The notes under the pieces were generated by a model. It was not told the origin of the DNA, did not search any database, and was given only the letters and a program-made list of their open reading frames with translations. The position numbers and the translations under genes are program-made. A stretch of 63,626 bases of DNA, counting the filler, from Octopus bimaculoides (lineage: Eukaryota), in the NCBI RefSeq assembly GCF_001194135.2. It is 6 parts of 6 records of this genome, joined end to end, with 100 filler letters (N's around TTAATTAATTAA, not from the genome) between each part and the next. Parts side by side here need not be neighbours in the genome. Positions count along the whole stretch, not along the records: positions 1 to 4,389 come from NC_068981.1; positions 4,490 to 26,007 come from NC_068996.1; 4 more parts are not named here. One strand, given 5' to 3'. Below are positions 1 through 10,954 of this stretch, piece after piece; position 1 is the first letter of the stretch, and each line of letters starts with the position of its first letter.

Positions 1-24
1 TATACATACATACCCACAGACACG

Positions 25-86
<62 letters not shown>

Positions 87-94
87 CATATATA

Positions 95-440
95 CATATT
101 GTATAAGCACGGTACCTTAGGCAAGTGTGTTCTCCTATAGCCTGGCACCGACCAAAGCCTTGTGATTGTTTTTGGGAGAAAGAAACTGAAAGAAGACTGT
201 CGTATTTATACGCATATATCTATATGTGTGTGTCTTTGTGTCTGTGTTTGAACGCTATCACCGCTTCTCAACCAGTGTTGGTGTGTTTACGTTCCTGTAA
301 CTTAGCAGTTCTGGAGAAGTGGGCGATATAATAAATACCAGGCTTTAAAAAGAATACCTGGAGTCGATTTGTTCGACTAAAACCCATCAAGGCGGTGCTC
401 CAGCATGGCGACAGTCAAATGACTGTAACAAGTAAAAGGA
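95..440 (+). mobile_element. tRNA-derived SINE family A copy (head truncated)
   Basis: Shares blocks (ggcaagtgt..ctatagcc..gaccaaagcctt..gaaactgaaagaag..; ggcggtgctccagcatggc..cagtcaaatgact) with about 10 other copies in the window. Confidence 0.75.
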
Positions 441-628
441 TNNNNNNNNNNGTGTGTGTGTGTGTGTGTGTATGTATATATATATGTGTGTGTGTATATA
501 TCTATATACTTACTGGCGGAAGTCACAGAGTGACTCAAGGATCGAGAGATTCTTGTTTTATATTATTTCAGTCGCTCTTCATAAATGAAGTCTCCCTAAT
601 TGGGAGACTAGTTTCATAAAAGTACCAC

Positions 629-767
629 CACAAGCGTAGCTAGGGGAGCGGGAGTGGTAGGGGTGACACTTTTGGGTCTGCTGCAGGCAATGCGCAGTTT
701 TTGGGGGTTCCGGGGACGGCAAACGGAAGGGCCGCCCCGGGCAGCACACACTCTGGCTACGCCAGTG
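629..767. mobile_element. Short GC-rich non-autonomous DNA element with gcgtagc(t)ag/ctggctacgc inverted ends (hAT-like MITE)
   Basis: Short imperfect terminal inverted repeats around a GC-rich core in AT-rich DNA. Confidence 0.35.
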
Positions 768-1044
768 AGTGTCACTGAACGAAACCTTTGACTCTTGAGT
801 GTCTCTCATACTTATGGCGATAAAAGTAAACACACACGCACACACACACATACACACACACGCACAAGGAAGGATTAAGACATATCGAGGTCCTAAGCAC
901 TTAAAAAATGTTGATGTGGCCCACATATATGTCACTGAAAATACAAACAATAATANNNNNNNNNNTCGAGGTCCTAAGCACTTAAAAAATGTTGATGTGG
1001 CCCACATATATGTCACTGAAAATACAAACAATAATAAGCCAGCT

Positions 1045-1163
1045 CTATATTTAAGAGATGAGGAATTATGTACATTATTTACATTATTTACATTATTTAC
1101 ATTTGCCCACGGGCATATGGCGTAGTGGTTATTCCGAGTTGGATTCCGGGAAATGACCTGAAA

Positions 1164-1242
<79 letters not shown>

Positions 1243-1400
1243 TGGAAAAATACCTTAGGAATGAGAACCCAGGTTCGAAATTTCCCCAAGTCACCCGATG
1301 AAGGCTGGAGGGTATATCAGCCGAAACATTGTGTTAACAAAAAACAAGATCAGGACAAATATCCATCAAATGTAAATAATGTAAATAATGTAAATAATAA
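1045..1400 (+). mobile_element. SINE-like element: tRNA-like head + (AAT)n + hammerhead-like motif, preceded by an inverted copy of its own 3' end
   Basis: Homologous to 45858-46195 on the opposite strand; A-box TGGCGTAGTGG at about 1117; (tacattatt)n at 1070-1105 is the inverse of (aatgtaaat)n at 1367-1398. Confidence 0.7.
1290..1335 (+). ncRNA. Degenerate minimal type I hammerhead motif
   Basis: (G)TCAC-CCGATGA-A-GGCTG-gagggtatat-CAGCC-GAAAC-ATT-GTGTT; U4>C and a stem III G>A change relative to the intact motif. Confidence 0.55.
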
Positions 1401-1769
1401 GCTATGGAATAAATTTTATGTTCCAAAACGAAACAAAACTAAGAGTTTAGATGGAAAAAAAATGTTTATTTTTGTATATTTTCAGTTGATTTAAATTTGA
1501 AAAGTTTTCTATTTTATTATTATTATTTTTTTTAAAATTTAATTGAAAAGTCTTTGATCAGATCATCACTATGGCACCATGAACACTTCCAAATCATATT
1601 TCCGATCATAAAAACTGCTTCAAATGTTATTATAGCAAGTATAAAGTGATTTCTTTTGTGCTGTAAGCCATTTACCACTTCTGGTGTCCCCCCCACCACC
1701 TACTCACCACCTCTTCCGCTGATGCCCTCTACACGTGCTTATTTTGCATAATGGTTAATCCAGCGCCGC

Positions 1770-2145
1770 GTGCGCGCGCACTCGCTTGCACATACACACA
1801 CACGCACAAACGCACGCGCACATACATGGTACACAAACACACATACCCACACGCACGCACACATGCACGCACATACATATGTACACAAACACACACACTT
1901 AGATGCACGCGCACACACGCACACGCATGCACACACATGCATACGCACGCGCGCGCGCGCACACACACGCACGCACACGTTCGCGCGCGAACACACACAC
2001 AGGCATACACGCACTCACACACACATGTACACAAGTGCACACACGCACACAAGCACACGCGAACGCACACCACACGCACAAACACGCACGCACAAACACA
2101 CACGTACACATACATATGCACAAACACATACACACACACATAAAC
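1770..2145. repeat. Compound (CA)n/(CG)n microsatellite
   Basis: Direct reading. Confidence 0.95.
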
Positions 2146-3289
2146 CCGCCTGCCCGCCCACACCCATCCACATCCACACAGTCGTCACTGGCCATCGAGA
2201 TTGCCCTAGTATCACTGTGACAAGGCCTTTGACGCTTTCGGTGCTCACGTAGACAAGAGCGGACAAGGAAACCTTTCTCGAACTTGTCACTCTTGTCTCT
2301 TCGGAACAACCAGGATATGATGGTGGAAGGTATGGAGAATTGCACCGGCACCTGACTGGTGCTAGAATTTATAGACACTTCGAATTGAAGATGAAATCAT
2401 GATGCTTCTACACAACGTCAGCAAACACGGTTCAATTTCCGGTGATCAGTCAAACTGTATGAAAGAAGATTAGGAGACAATCATCTGGAGACAAAACAAT
2501 GAACGAATATCCTCAATGGTCTATTTTGTGGATTATCTTTTATCACAAAAGAGGCTCGAAGAAATGTCGAGGGTGTTTATGCCTTTGGAAGAGAAGAGCA
2601 GGAATCGTCATTTAAAAAAAAAATGGTGACCGTTGAGATGAGATTTTGGCGTCGGTGAAATACGAAACGATTGTAATGACAGATCGTTCAGTTGATAAGG
2701 ATAACCTGTGATTAAGAGTAGGCTTGGGTTCACTTCAGTCGTTCAACATTCCTGTAAAGTCTTGCAGACGCAAATCGATGTTTGAGTATTTCTTCCTTCA
2801 GTAAAAACCTGATTTTAGAACGTCATGTCTAATTTACACAGCAACGCTGAACAGATGTTTTTAAAAAATATATTTACGTTTATTAATAAGGTGATACCTC
2901 GCAATGCGAGTCTAATTCGTTCCATGAGCGAGCTCGTCTTACGATTTACTCGTTTTACAAATCAATTTTCTCCATTGAAATTAACTAAAGTATAATCAAT
3001 CCGTTCCAGGGTTTTAAAACAGAAAAGGTGCAGTTTCAAGTAAAATGACAATTATAAAAAAAGACAACGCAAAAGAAATATGCAAACTGGTTTTATTAAC
3101 TGAATTACCTTAAAGATGGGACAATGTGTGTGCTGGTACTGCGGATTTCCGCTCGTACTTCAAGACAAAAATTCACGTGACTTTCGGCTCGTACAGCAAA
3201 TTACTCGTACAATGGGGCACTCGTAATGCGAGGTTCTACTGTATGTTTGTTTGAATGTTTACACCTGTATTTATTTATAACATACACAA

Positions 3290-3460
3290 ATACACAGGTG
3301 GCAGACGTGGCTGTGTGGTTAAGACGTTTGTTTCCCAAGTACATGGGTCCGCGTTCAGTCTCACTGTATGAAACTTTGGGCAAGTGTCCTCTCCCACAGT
3401 CTCGGGCCAACCAAAGCCTTGCGATTAGATTCGGTAGACGGAAACCGTAAGAAACCCGCC
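3290..3460 (+). mobile_element. SINE family A head fragment
   Basis: gtggctgtgtggttaag..gggcaagtgtc..ccaaagcctt..ggtagacggaaac. Confidence 0.65.
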
Positions 3461-3662
3461 GTTTTTACTCACACACATGTACATAGACATACACTCTCTC
3501 ACACACACACATGTAAGCATTCTTGATGGGAGACGGGTGCTTGTGTATCAGTGAGTATCAATGGATGGATACGGGTGTCTGTCTGTCTGTCTGTCTGTCT
3601 CCACGTTTCTCACAAACCCGGCATTAATAACCAGAAGACATAATAAATACATATTACACAAA

Positions 3663-4040
3663 CTCTTTTACTCTTTTACTTGTGTCAGCCATTTGACTGC
3701 GGCCATGCTGGAGCACCGCCTTTAGTCGAGCAAATCGACTCCAGGACTTATTCTTTGTAAGCCTAGTACTTATTCTATCGGTCTCTTTTACCGAACCGCT
3801 AGATTACGGGGACATAAATACACCAGCATCGGTTGTCAAGCGATGTTGGGGGGGGGGGACAAACACACACACACAAACACACACATACATATATATATAT
3901 ATACATATACGACGGGCTTCTTTCAGTTTCCGTCTATCAAATCCACTCGCAAGGCTTTGGTCGGCTCGAGGTTCCAGGCAGTGGGACTGAAACCGGAACC
4001 ATGTGGTTGATAAGCAAGCTACTTACCACACAGCCGCTCC
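3663..4040 (-). mobile_element. SINE family A, near complete, internal CA/TA microsatellite
   Basis: Reverse complement of the 38750-39140 type; empty Tx1 target site gcaagctacttaccacacagcc at about 4014-4035. Confidence 0.8.
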
Positions 4041-4433
4041 AACACACATATATGACATTGGTTATTTCTCTTAATGTTATGCAGGAATAGCATGAGTGAC
4101 ACAACATCAAAATTTACCCCCACCCTCTCTTCCGTATAAAATCAATCAAACAATTAAACACATTTAAATGACAACATGTTTCTAAGTCTTTTTTTTTTTC
4201 TGCTCAAAGGACCCTACCCCACCCCCAAAATATCAAAAAGTGCATAAAAACAACCTACAAGAATCGCGAAAACCGTAAATGCAAAGACAAACATAAAACA
4301 AAAATGAGAGAGAGAGAATGAATTGATGGTTTATGATGGCGGTTGTTGCGAAACTTCAAAGTGAACCAAAGAGAAGCTTTTCTTCCATTNNNNNNNNNNN
4401 NNNNNNNNNNNNNNNNNNNNNNNNNNNNNNNNN

Positions 4434-4445
4434 TTAATTAATTAA
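4434..4445. other. Scaffolding spacer TTAATTAATTAA (also 26052, 54210, 59775, 62162)
   Basis: Sits between two equal N runs (44 N each side at 4434); stop codons in all six frames. Confidence 0.9.
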
Positions 4446-4625
4446 NNNNNNNNNNNNNNNNNNNNNNNNNNNNNNNNNNNNNNNNNNNNCTATTATCTAG
4501 ATTTTCCTGATGTATTTTTTCTTTCAATTGTTCTATTTCTATTTCTGATATTTTTTTTGCTTTTAGAATATATCTTCTTATGTTAGCTAGTTTGTTAGGG
4601 TTCATTGTTTTATCGAGGTCTATAT

Positions 4626-5272
4626 TTACATTATTTTTCTTCCATGTTTTATATGTATGTGTTGTTGCGTTTTCGTTTTTTGGGTAGAGTACTGCTGTGA
4701 AATAGGCGTGTAGGATCGAAATGTGTTCCTCACGTGTCCATTTATGCCGTTTTGTTTTGTTTGCGGAACAACGTCCGGCCCTTTATTTTGACGGTCGTCG
4801 TTTTCGTAGGGTACCGGTTCGTTTATTTCTGTTGTCAGATTCTTTTGCCCGTTCATATCTTCGTACTTTTTTCGTAACAGGCTTACAGTACGTACTTCTC
4901 GGTTGTTATTCTTGGGTGGAGTAATACCGGTGTTATTTAATCTGCTTGTAATTTTTTTGTACATGGTGTTTTGGGGTTCGAAGATGGTCTGATTTTGATG
5001 TAACACGTGTGTTTACGATCGCTGTGCGGGTAGTGGAGGTATCAAGTTAAAATACATCATTATATTTGTAAAAATAGAGATAAATTTCAATGAGTATTAC
5101 TTACTCGGATATAGTCCAACCCTTTGTCAGCTATTTTTTGTACATGGTGTTTGGGTTTGGAGATGGTCTGTATTTTGATGTAACACGTGTGTTTACGATC
5201 GCTGTTCGGGTAGTGGAGGTATCAAGTTAAAATACATCATTATATTTGGAAAAATAGGAATAAATTTCAATG

Positions 5273-5275
<3 letters not shown>
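4626..5275 (-). mobile_element. 5' fragment of an RLE (R4/Dong-like) LINE with a ~180-bp tandem duplication, abutting (AAT)n
   Basis: ORF 4626-5006 (RLNNTGITPPKNNNREVRT) matches 8150-8258, which is joined to RT sequence; duplicated units at about 4951-5100 and 5133-5280. Confidence 0.6.
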
Positions 5276-5320
<45 letters not shown>

Positions 5321-6053
5321 GTTATTGTTATTATTATTATTACTTAATTGAACGCTACGCATCCATTTCCTAGTAAGTTTATCTTAATCTTTTTTATGCG
5401 ACTTTATTCTTTACTGTTTTCACACCCATCCTTCTCTAATTCCCCTTTTCTCCCATTCACCGTTTTCTATCTGTTTCTCTCTCCGTCTTCTCTTTCTCTC
5501 TCTCTCTCTCTTTTTGCTTACACGTGACCATCGTCCATCTTCCTTTTCTTCACGTGATAATCTTTCTTTTCCTGCACTGACGTTCTAAGGACTGGACGTC
5601 TTCTATCTCTCTATTCTATCTTTTCTCTTTTCAAAGAAAATATATCTCCCAGCATTCACTATTTTCCTCTCGTTCTGGTCTAACGTCTCTCTATGTTTAT
5701 CTTCGTTCGGTTTCCTTGTATGTCTCCACTGTCCTGTTTTTGTTCTCAACTTTGACCCTCCAAATTTTATTTTGGTACTCATGGGAGCAACTGTCTTCGA
5801 AGACTCATATTGTCGTTGAAATGAGGAGTAGATAGACAGCCGACAACTGATGAAGGGTTGATCTCTGTGTTACTTTTTCTGCTTTTCAATTTTTCTCTCG
5901 TCGTTGTTTGCGTATTTATATATACACAAAATGTGGGGCTTTAGTTCACAGGTATGTTGGGTAAGTGTTGTAACGGATTACCAGGGCTCCAACCTCATAG
6001 CCGAGGCGGGAGTTAAGGTTCCATTGTAGATTTCCGATATTGCGGATATATAT

Positions 6054-6507
6054 TTGTTAAAGAGGACAACAAACACTAAGGAAAGACAAGCATCTCAAGT
6101 CATATACATTATTTTTATTAGAATAACTTAAAGTCTTACAGCTGTTTCTCAGATGTCCAAAAATATTGGATATTCCATCATCGGAGACCGATAGAGAAAA
6201 TGTGAAGGGTATAGATTAAGGAAACGACGAAGTAAAGGACTGTAGAAAAAAAGAATAAAGAAATGAAGAAAAAGAAGCATAAAAGTTCACAGTTCCACTT
6301 TCCGGTAGTGTACATGTTAGTCCATAAGTCCTTAGGTGTAATCCTATGTAAATATATGTATGGATATGTACACTATGAAGGCTGACGGAATATCCAATAT
6401 TTTGGGATATCTGAGAAACAGATGTAAGGCTTTAAGTTTTTCTTATAAAAATAACGTATGACTTGAGATGCTTGTCTTGCCTTAGCGTTTGTTGTACTCT
6501 TTAACAA
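6054..6507. repeat. Inverted repeat pair (~125-bp arms 6054-6180 / 6383-6507) carrying hammerhead-like motifs; Penelope-like pLTR remnant
   Basis: Arms are imperfect reverse complements; minus strand 6131-6189 reads GGTCT-CCGATGA-..-GAAACAGCTGTA-AGACT. Confidence 0.7.
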
Positions 6508-6578
<71 letters not shown>

Positions 6579-6603
6579 CGTGCGCGCGTGTGTATTATGT
6601 ATG

Positions 6604-6668
<65 letters not shown>

Positions 6669-6908
6669 ATAAAGGGTTGGCCAAAAGTCACGCTAATGTA
6701 AATCAAAATACCATAAATACTAGCTGTAAATCTGTATTGACTTGAATGGAAAAATGTGTCGCCCAAGAAGGACTTCATTTTGAACAATTTTCATGAGGTT
6801 TCATAGTTAGATATTTTTATTAAATTCATTCAGTTGTTAAACATAGATAACTCTTGCAATTAAATAGTTTTGATTTACTGTCAGGTGACTTTTGGCCAAA
6901 CTTGTGTG

Positions 6909-6939
<31 letters not shown>

Positions 6940-7159
6940 NNNNNNNNNNNNNNNNNNNNNNNNNNNNNNNNNNNNNNNNNNNNNNNNNNNNNNNNNNNNN
7001 NNNNNNNNNNNNNNNNNNNNNNNNATATTAATATACTTATAATATTAATAGTGTCCTATATCGGCGTAGGGACGCAGTTTTAAGCTGACAGCCTATTCAG
7101 TATCATTAATACCAATAAGTCATTAGAACATTTTTTCTCGAACCCAGACTAAATACATA

Positions 7160-7560
7160 TAGGTGCAGGAGTGGCTATCTGGTAAGTAGCTTGTTTACCA
7201 ACCACATGGTTCCCGGTTTAGTCTCACTGCGTGGCATCTTGGGCAAGTGTCTTCTACTATAGCCTTGGGCCGACCAAAGCCATGTGAGTAGATTTGGTAG
7301 ATGGAAACTGAAAGAAGCCCATCGTATATATGCATATATTTATATATGCATGTGTGTATATGTTTGTGTATCTGTCATTGTCCCCCACCCAACATCACTT
7401 GACAAATGATGCTGGTGTGTTTACGTCCCTGAAACCCAGTGGTTCGACAAAAGTGATCGAAAGTATAAGTACTAGGCTTACAAGCAATAAGTCCCGGGCG
7501 GTGCACCAGCATGGCCGCAGTCAAATGACCGAATCAAGTAAAAGAGTAAAAGAGTAAAAG
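7160..7560 (+). mobile_element. SINE family A, complete
   Basis: Head ggtgcaggagtggct..ggtaagtagcttg..; tail gtaaaagagtaaaagag. Confidence 0.8.
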
Positions 7561-7679
7561 ATATATATATATATATATANNNNNNNNNNNNNNNNNNNNN
7601 NNNNNNNNNNNNNNNNNNNNNNNNNNNNNNNNNNNNNNNNNNNNNNNNNNNNNNNNNNNNNNNNNNNNNNNNNNNNNNN

Positions 7680-8258
7680 GTAACTTATAACTGGGACAGC
7701 TAAAGTGTTGATACCTATTATCTTGTTTTGGGCATTGAGCTCTGTTTTTAATATTGACCTAACTCGTCAATAGTACTCTTTCTTTATTTTTTCTTTCATT
7801 TGTGTGTGTTGTATCTTATCTAGCTCATTGACTCCTAAATACTTATATGGTTGGCTTTCGTCTAGTTATCTTATTTCATTGGTTTTATCTAGTGTGATGT
7901 TGCTACTCTTAACTAGTTTTCCTCTTTTCAGGGTTGCTTTGGCACATTTTTCTAATCCGAATTTCATATCTATTTCCTTGGTAATTCCATGTACTGTCTG
8001 TAGTAGTGTTTCCAGCTCTTTATCGTTTCTAGCGTATAATCTAAGGTCATCCATATATAAAAGGTGGCTGACTGTTTTGCCGTAACATTTGTATCCGCAT
8101 CCAGTTCTATTTAGCAATTCAGTTAAAGGTATGAGTGCCAGGCAGAACAGATTGTTTTGCACGTGCACGTCTTCGTAATTTTTGCGTAACAAGTTTAAAG
8201 TACGCACTTCCCGATTGTTATTCTTGGGTGGAATAATACCGGTATTATTTAATCTATT
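7680..8258 (-). mobile_element. RLE (R4/Dong-like) LINE fragment: N-terminal piece fused to RT motifs 5-7 (internal deletion)
   Basis: LALIPLTELLNRTGCGY..SHLLYMDDLRLYARN..IDMKFGLEKCAK in ORF 7866-8432. Confidence 0.8.
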
Positions 8259-8263
8259 TGTAC

Positions 8264-8349
<86 letters not shown>

Positions 8350-8351
<2 letters not shown>

Positions 8352-9305
8352 TTCATATACACACAAGAGATTAGACTGTTGGAAAAGAAAAAAGTCCAAC
8401 ATCGGGCTACAACAAGTAACCTTAGATGCCAAGATCCCTCCTAAGTATCCTAGCTGTCCCTAATAACACTGTTTTCTGGAGCTGTAGTAAATTGGGTTTT
8501 ATGCCTATTTCCTCTATCTATTAAATCTTTAGGGATAGTTCCCAATGCACCTATAGCTATTGGGATACATTTTACCCACACTTTCCATAGTGTCTGTAAT
8601 TCAATGGATAGGTCCTGGTACTTTGCAATTTTTTCTATACCTCTCATTTTGAATTTTTCATCATTTGGGACTGTAATATCAAATATCTGGTACTTTCTAT
8701 TCTCTTTGTCTACTACTACTACCAAATCAGGCCTTCTAACTTCTATTACTCTGTCAGTCTGAATGTTAATGTCCCACAATATCTTGTATTTCTTACTTTC
8801 TAGCACTTTACTAGGTTCATGTTCATACCATTTATTACTATGTTCAGATCCTAGCTTTCTACGTAACTCCCGGTAGATTACTCTCCCTAGAATGTCATGT
8901 CTTTTCGTGTATTCTTTCTGTGCCAGCATGCTACATTCACTTGCTATATGAGTAACGCTTTCGTCTCTTGATTTGCATAACCGACATTGGGAATCTACTT
9001 AGTTTTTGTATATTTTGGATTTTATACAATTAGTCCTTAATGATTGATCTTGTGTTGCTACTGACAAACTTTCTGTCTCCCTTTTCATCCACAAACATGT
9101 CTCACTACTACTATATGCTGTAACAATCTTTGGGAATCTACCATACAAAGCCCTTTCCTGCCAGATAACTTTTGTTCTTTTTTCTGATTTTTAACTACAT
9201 TTGGGTGTTTTGTTTCCTTATGTGCTGCTGTTATTCTAGCATCTTTTAATAAACTTTCTCCACCATTACCTACATAGGAGTCTATAGCTGCTCTAGTTAA
9301 CTCAA
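8350..9305 (-). mobile_element. RLE (R4/Dong-like) LINE 3' fragment: CCHC finger + PD-(D/E)xK endonuclease + 3'UTR + (AAT)n tail
   Basis: HIASEC..LAQKEYTKRHD; RPDLVVVVDKENRKYQIFDITVPND..KIAKYQDL..IGALGTIPK (ORF 8450-8929); (AAT)n at 8262-8350. Confidence 0.85.
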
Positions 9306-9310
9306 CGCAG

Positions 9311-9356
<46 letters not shown>

Positions 9357-9373
9357 TATCATTATCTATTATC

Positions 9374-9436
<63 letters not shown>

Positions 9437-9440
<4 letters not shown>

Positions 9441-9915
9441 GTTGAGTGAGAGAGCAGTGCATGCCATCAAAGTGACACTGGGGTAAAATATACGAAGCCC
9501 AGTATACCCATCATAACTACCCGTCTGATAAGGGTACACTAGGCGCATGCATCACAACCATATGTGCGCGATATGGTGATCTCATATTAAGATAAACAGC
9601 GTATGACCTTGCAGGTGGGGCCCAGTTAGAATTTGCTTTAGGTCGAGTAGCCCATCCCATTCAAATGGTCCTTGAATAAGGGTTGTTTAAGGATATTGAA
9701 CGAAACATCCATATTTCCAGAGGTGAATTATTCAAACCCCCAAACAATTCCTCTCAACATGGCTCGTGATCAGAGATGCACATATCGTCAGCTACCAAGG
9801 AACATGCTCAACTGGTTAAGGTCAAGTAACTGACAAGCAAATCTGTGGTATTGAGCAGAATATTTGCTGTAGCCCATCTTTTTATACGAAGACAAAACAA
9901 TGTACATAATAACCG
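9437..9915. mobile_element. Non-coding interspersed repeat family C
   Basis: Reverse-complement match to 55015-55575; both copies abut (AAT)n. Confidence 0.75.
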
Positions 9916-10820
9916 TCTTCTTCTTCTTCTTCTTCTTCTTCTTCTTCTTCTTCTTCTTCTTCTTCTTCTTCTTCTTCTTCTTCTTCTTCTTCTTCTTCTT
10001 CTTCTTCNNNNNNNNNNNNNNNNNNNNNNNNNNNNNNNNNNNNNNNNNNNNNNNNNNNNNNNNNNNNNNNNNNNNNNNNNNNNNNNNNNNNNNNNNNNNN
10101 NNNNNNNNNNNNNNNNNNNNNNNNNNNNNNNNNNNNNNNNNNNNNNNNNNNNNNNNNNNNNNNNNNNNNNNNNNNNNNNNNNNNNNNNNNNNNNNNNNNN
10201 NNNNNNNNNNNNNNNNNNNNNNNNNNNNNNNNNNNNNNNNNNNNNNNNNNNNNNNNNNNNNNNNNNNNNNNNNNNNNNNNNNNNNNNNNNNNNNNNNNNN
10301 NNNNNNNNNNNNNNNNNNNNNNNNNNNNNNNNNNNNNNNNNNNNNNNNNNNNNNNNNNNNNNNNNNNNNNNNNNNNNNNNNNNNNNNNNNNNNNNNNNNN
10401 NNNNNNNNNNNNNNNNNNNNNNNNNNNNNNNNNNNNNNNNNNNNNNNNNNNNNNNNNNNNNNNNNNNNNNNNNNNNNNNNNNNNNNNNNNNNNNNNNNNN
10501 NNNNNNNNNNNNNNNNNNNNNNNNNNNNNNNNNNNNNNNNNNNNNNNNNNNNNNNNNNNNNNNNNNNNNNNNNNNNNNNNNNNNNNNNNNNNNNNNNNNN
10601 NNNNNNNNNNNNNNNNNNNNNNNNNNNNNNNNNNNNNNNNNNNNNNNNNNNNNNNNNNNNNNNNNNNNNNNNNNNNNNNNNNNNNNNNNNNNNNNNNNNN
10701 NNNNNNNNNNNNNNNNNNNNNNNNNNNNNNNNNNNNNNNNNNNNNNNNNNNNNNNNNNNNNNNNNNNNNNNNNNNNNNNNNNNNNNNNNNNNNNNNNNNN
10801 NNNNNNNNNNTATATATATA

Positions 10821-10954
10821 TTTGAAGTTAAAAGTTTGCAGCTCGAGTTAGCGTGTTGGATTGTTGGTTCTTAAAAGATTGTTGTTACGTTACGTGTGGT
10901 TACTGCCTTTTGCCTCGATTCTATTCTTATTACACTGTCCATAAGGATATAACA
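10821..10954 (+). repeat. Gypsy 5' LTR (start hidden by gap/microsatellite)
   Basis: gagttagc.tgttggattgttg.ttcttaaaagattgttgtta..ccataaggatat shared with 14270-14440. Confidence 0.8.

Noticed and set aside
884-1035. Exact ~70-bp direct repeat across a 10-N gap
   Set aside because: Overlapping contig ends left unmerged; assembly artefact.
1729-2290. Stack of overlapping ORFs (also 59779-62173 and similar)
   Set aside because: Translations of CA/TA/TG microsatellites and N runs that lack stop codons.
4434-4445. Recurrent TTAATTAATTAA (also 26052, 54210, 59775, 62162)
   Set aside because: Always centred in N runs forming a ~100-bp block; an artificial scaffolding spacer with six-frame stops.
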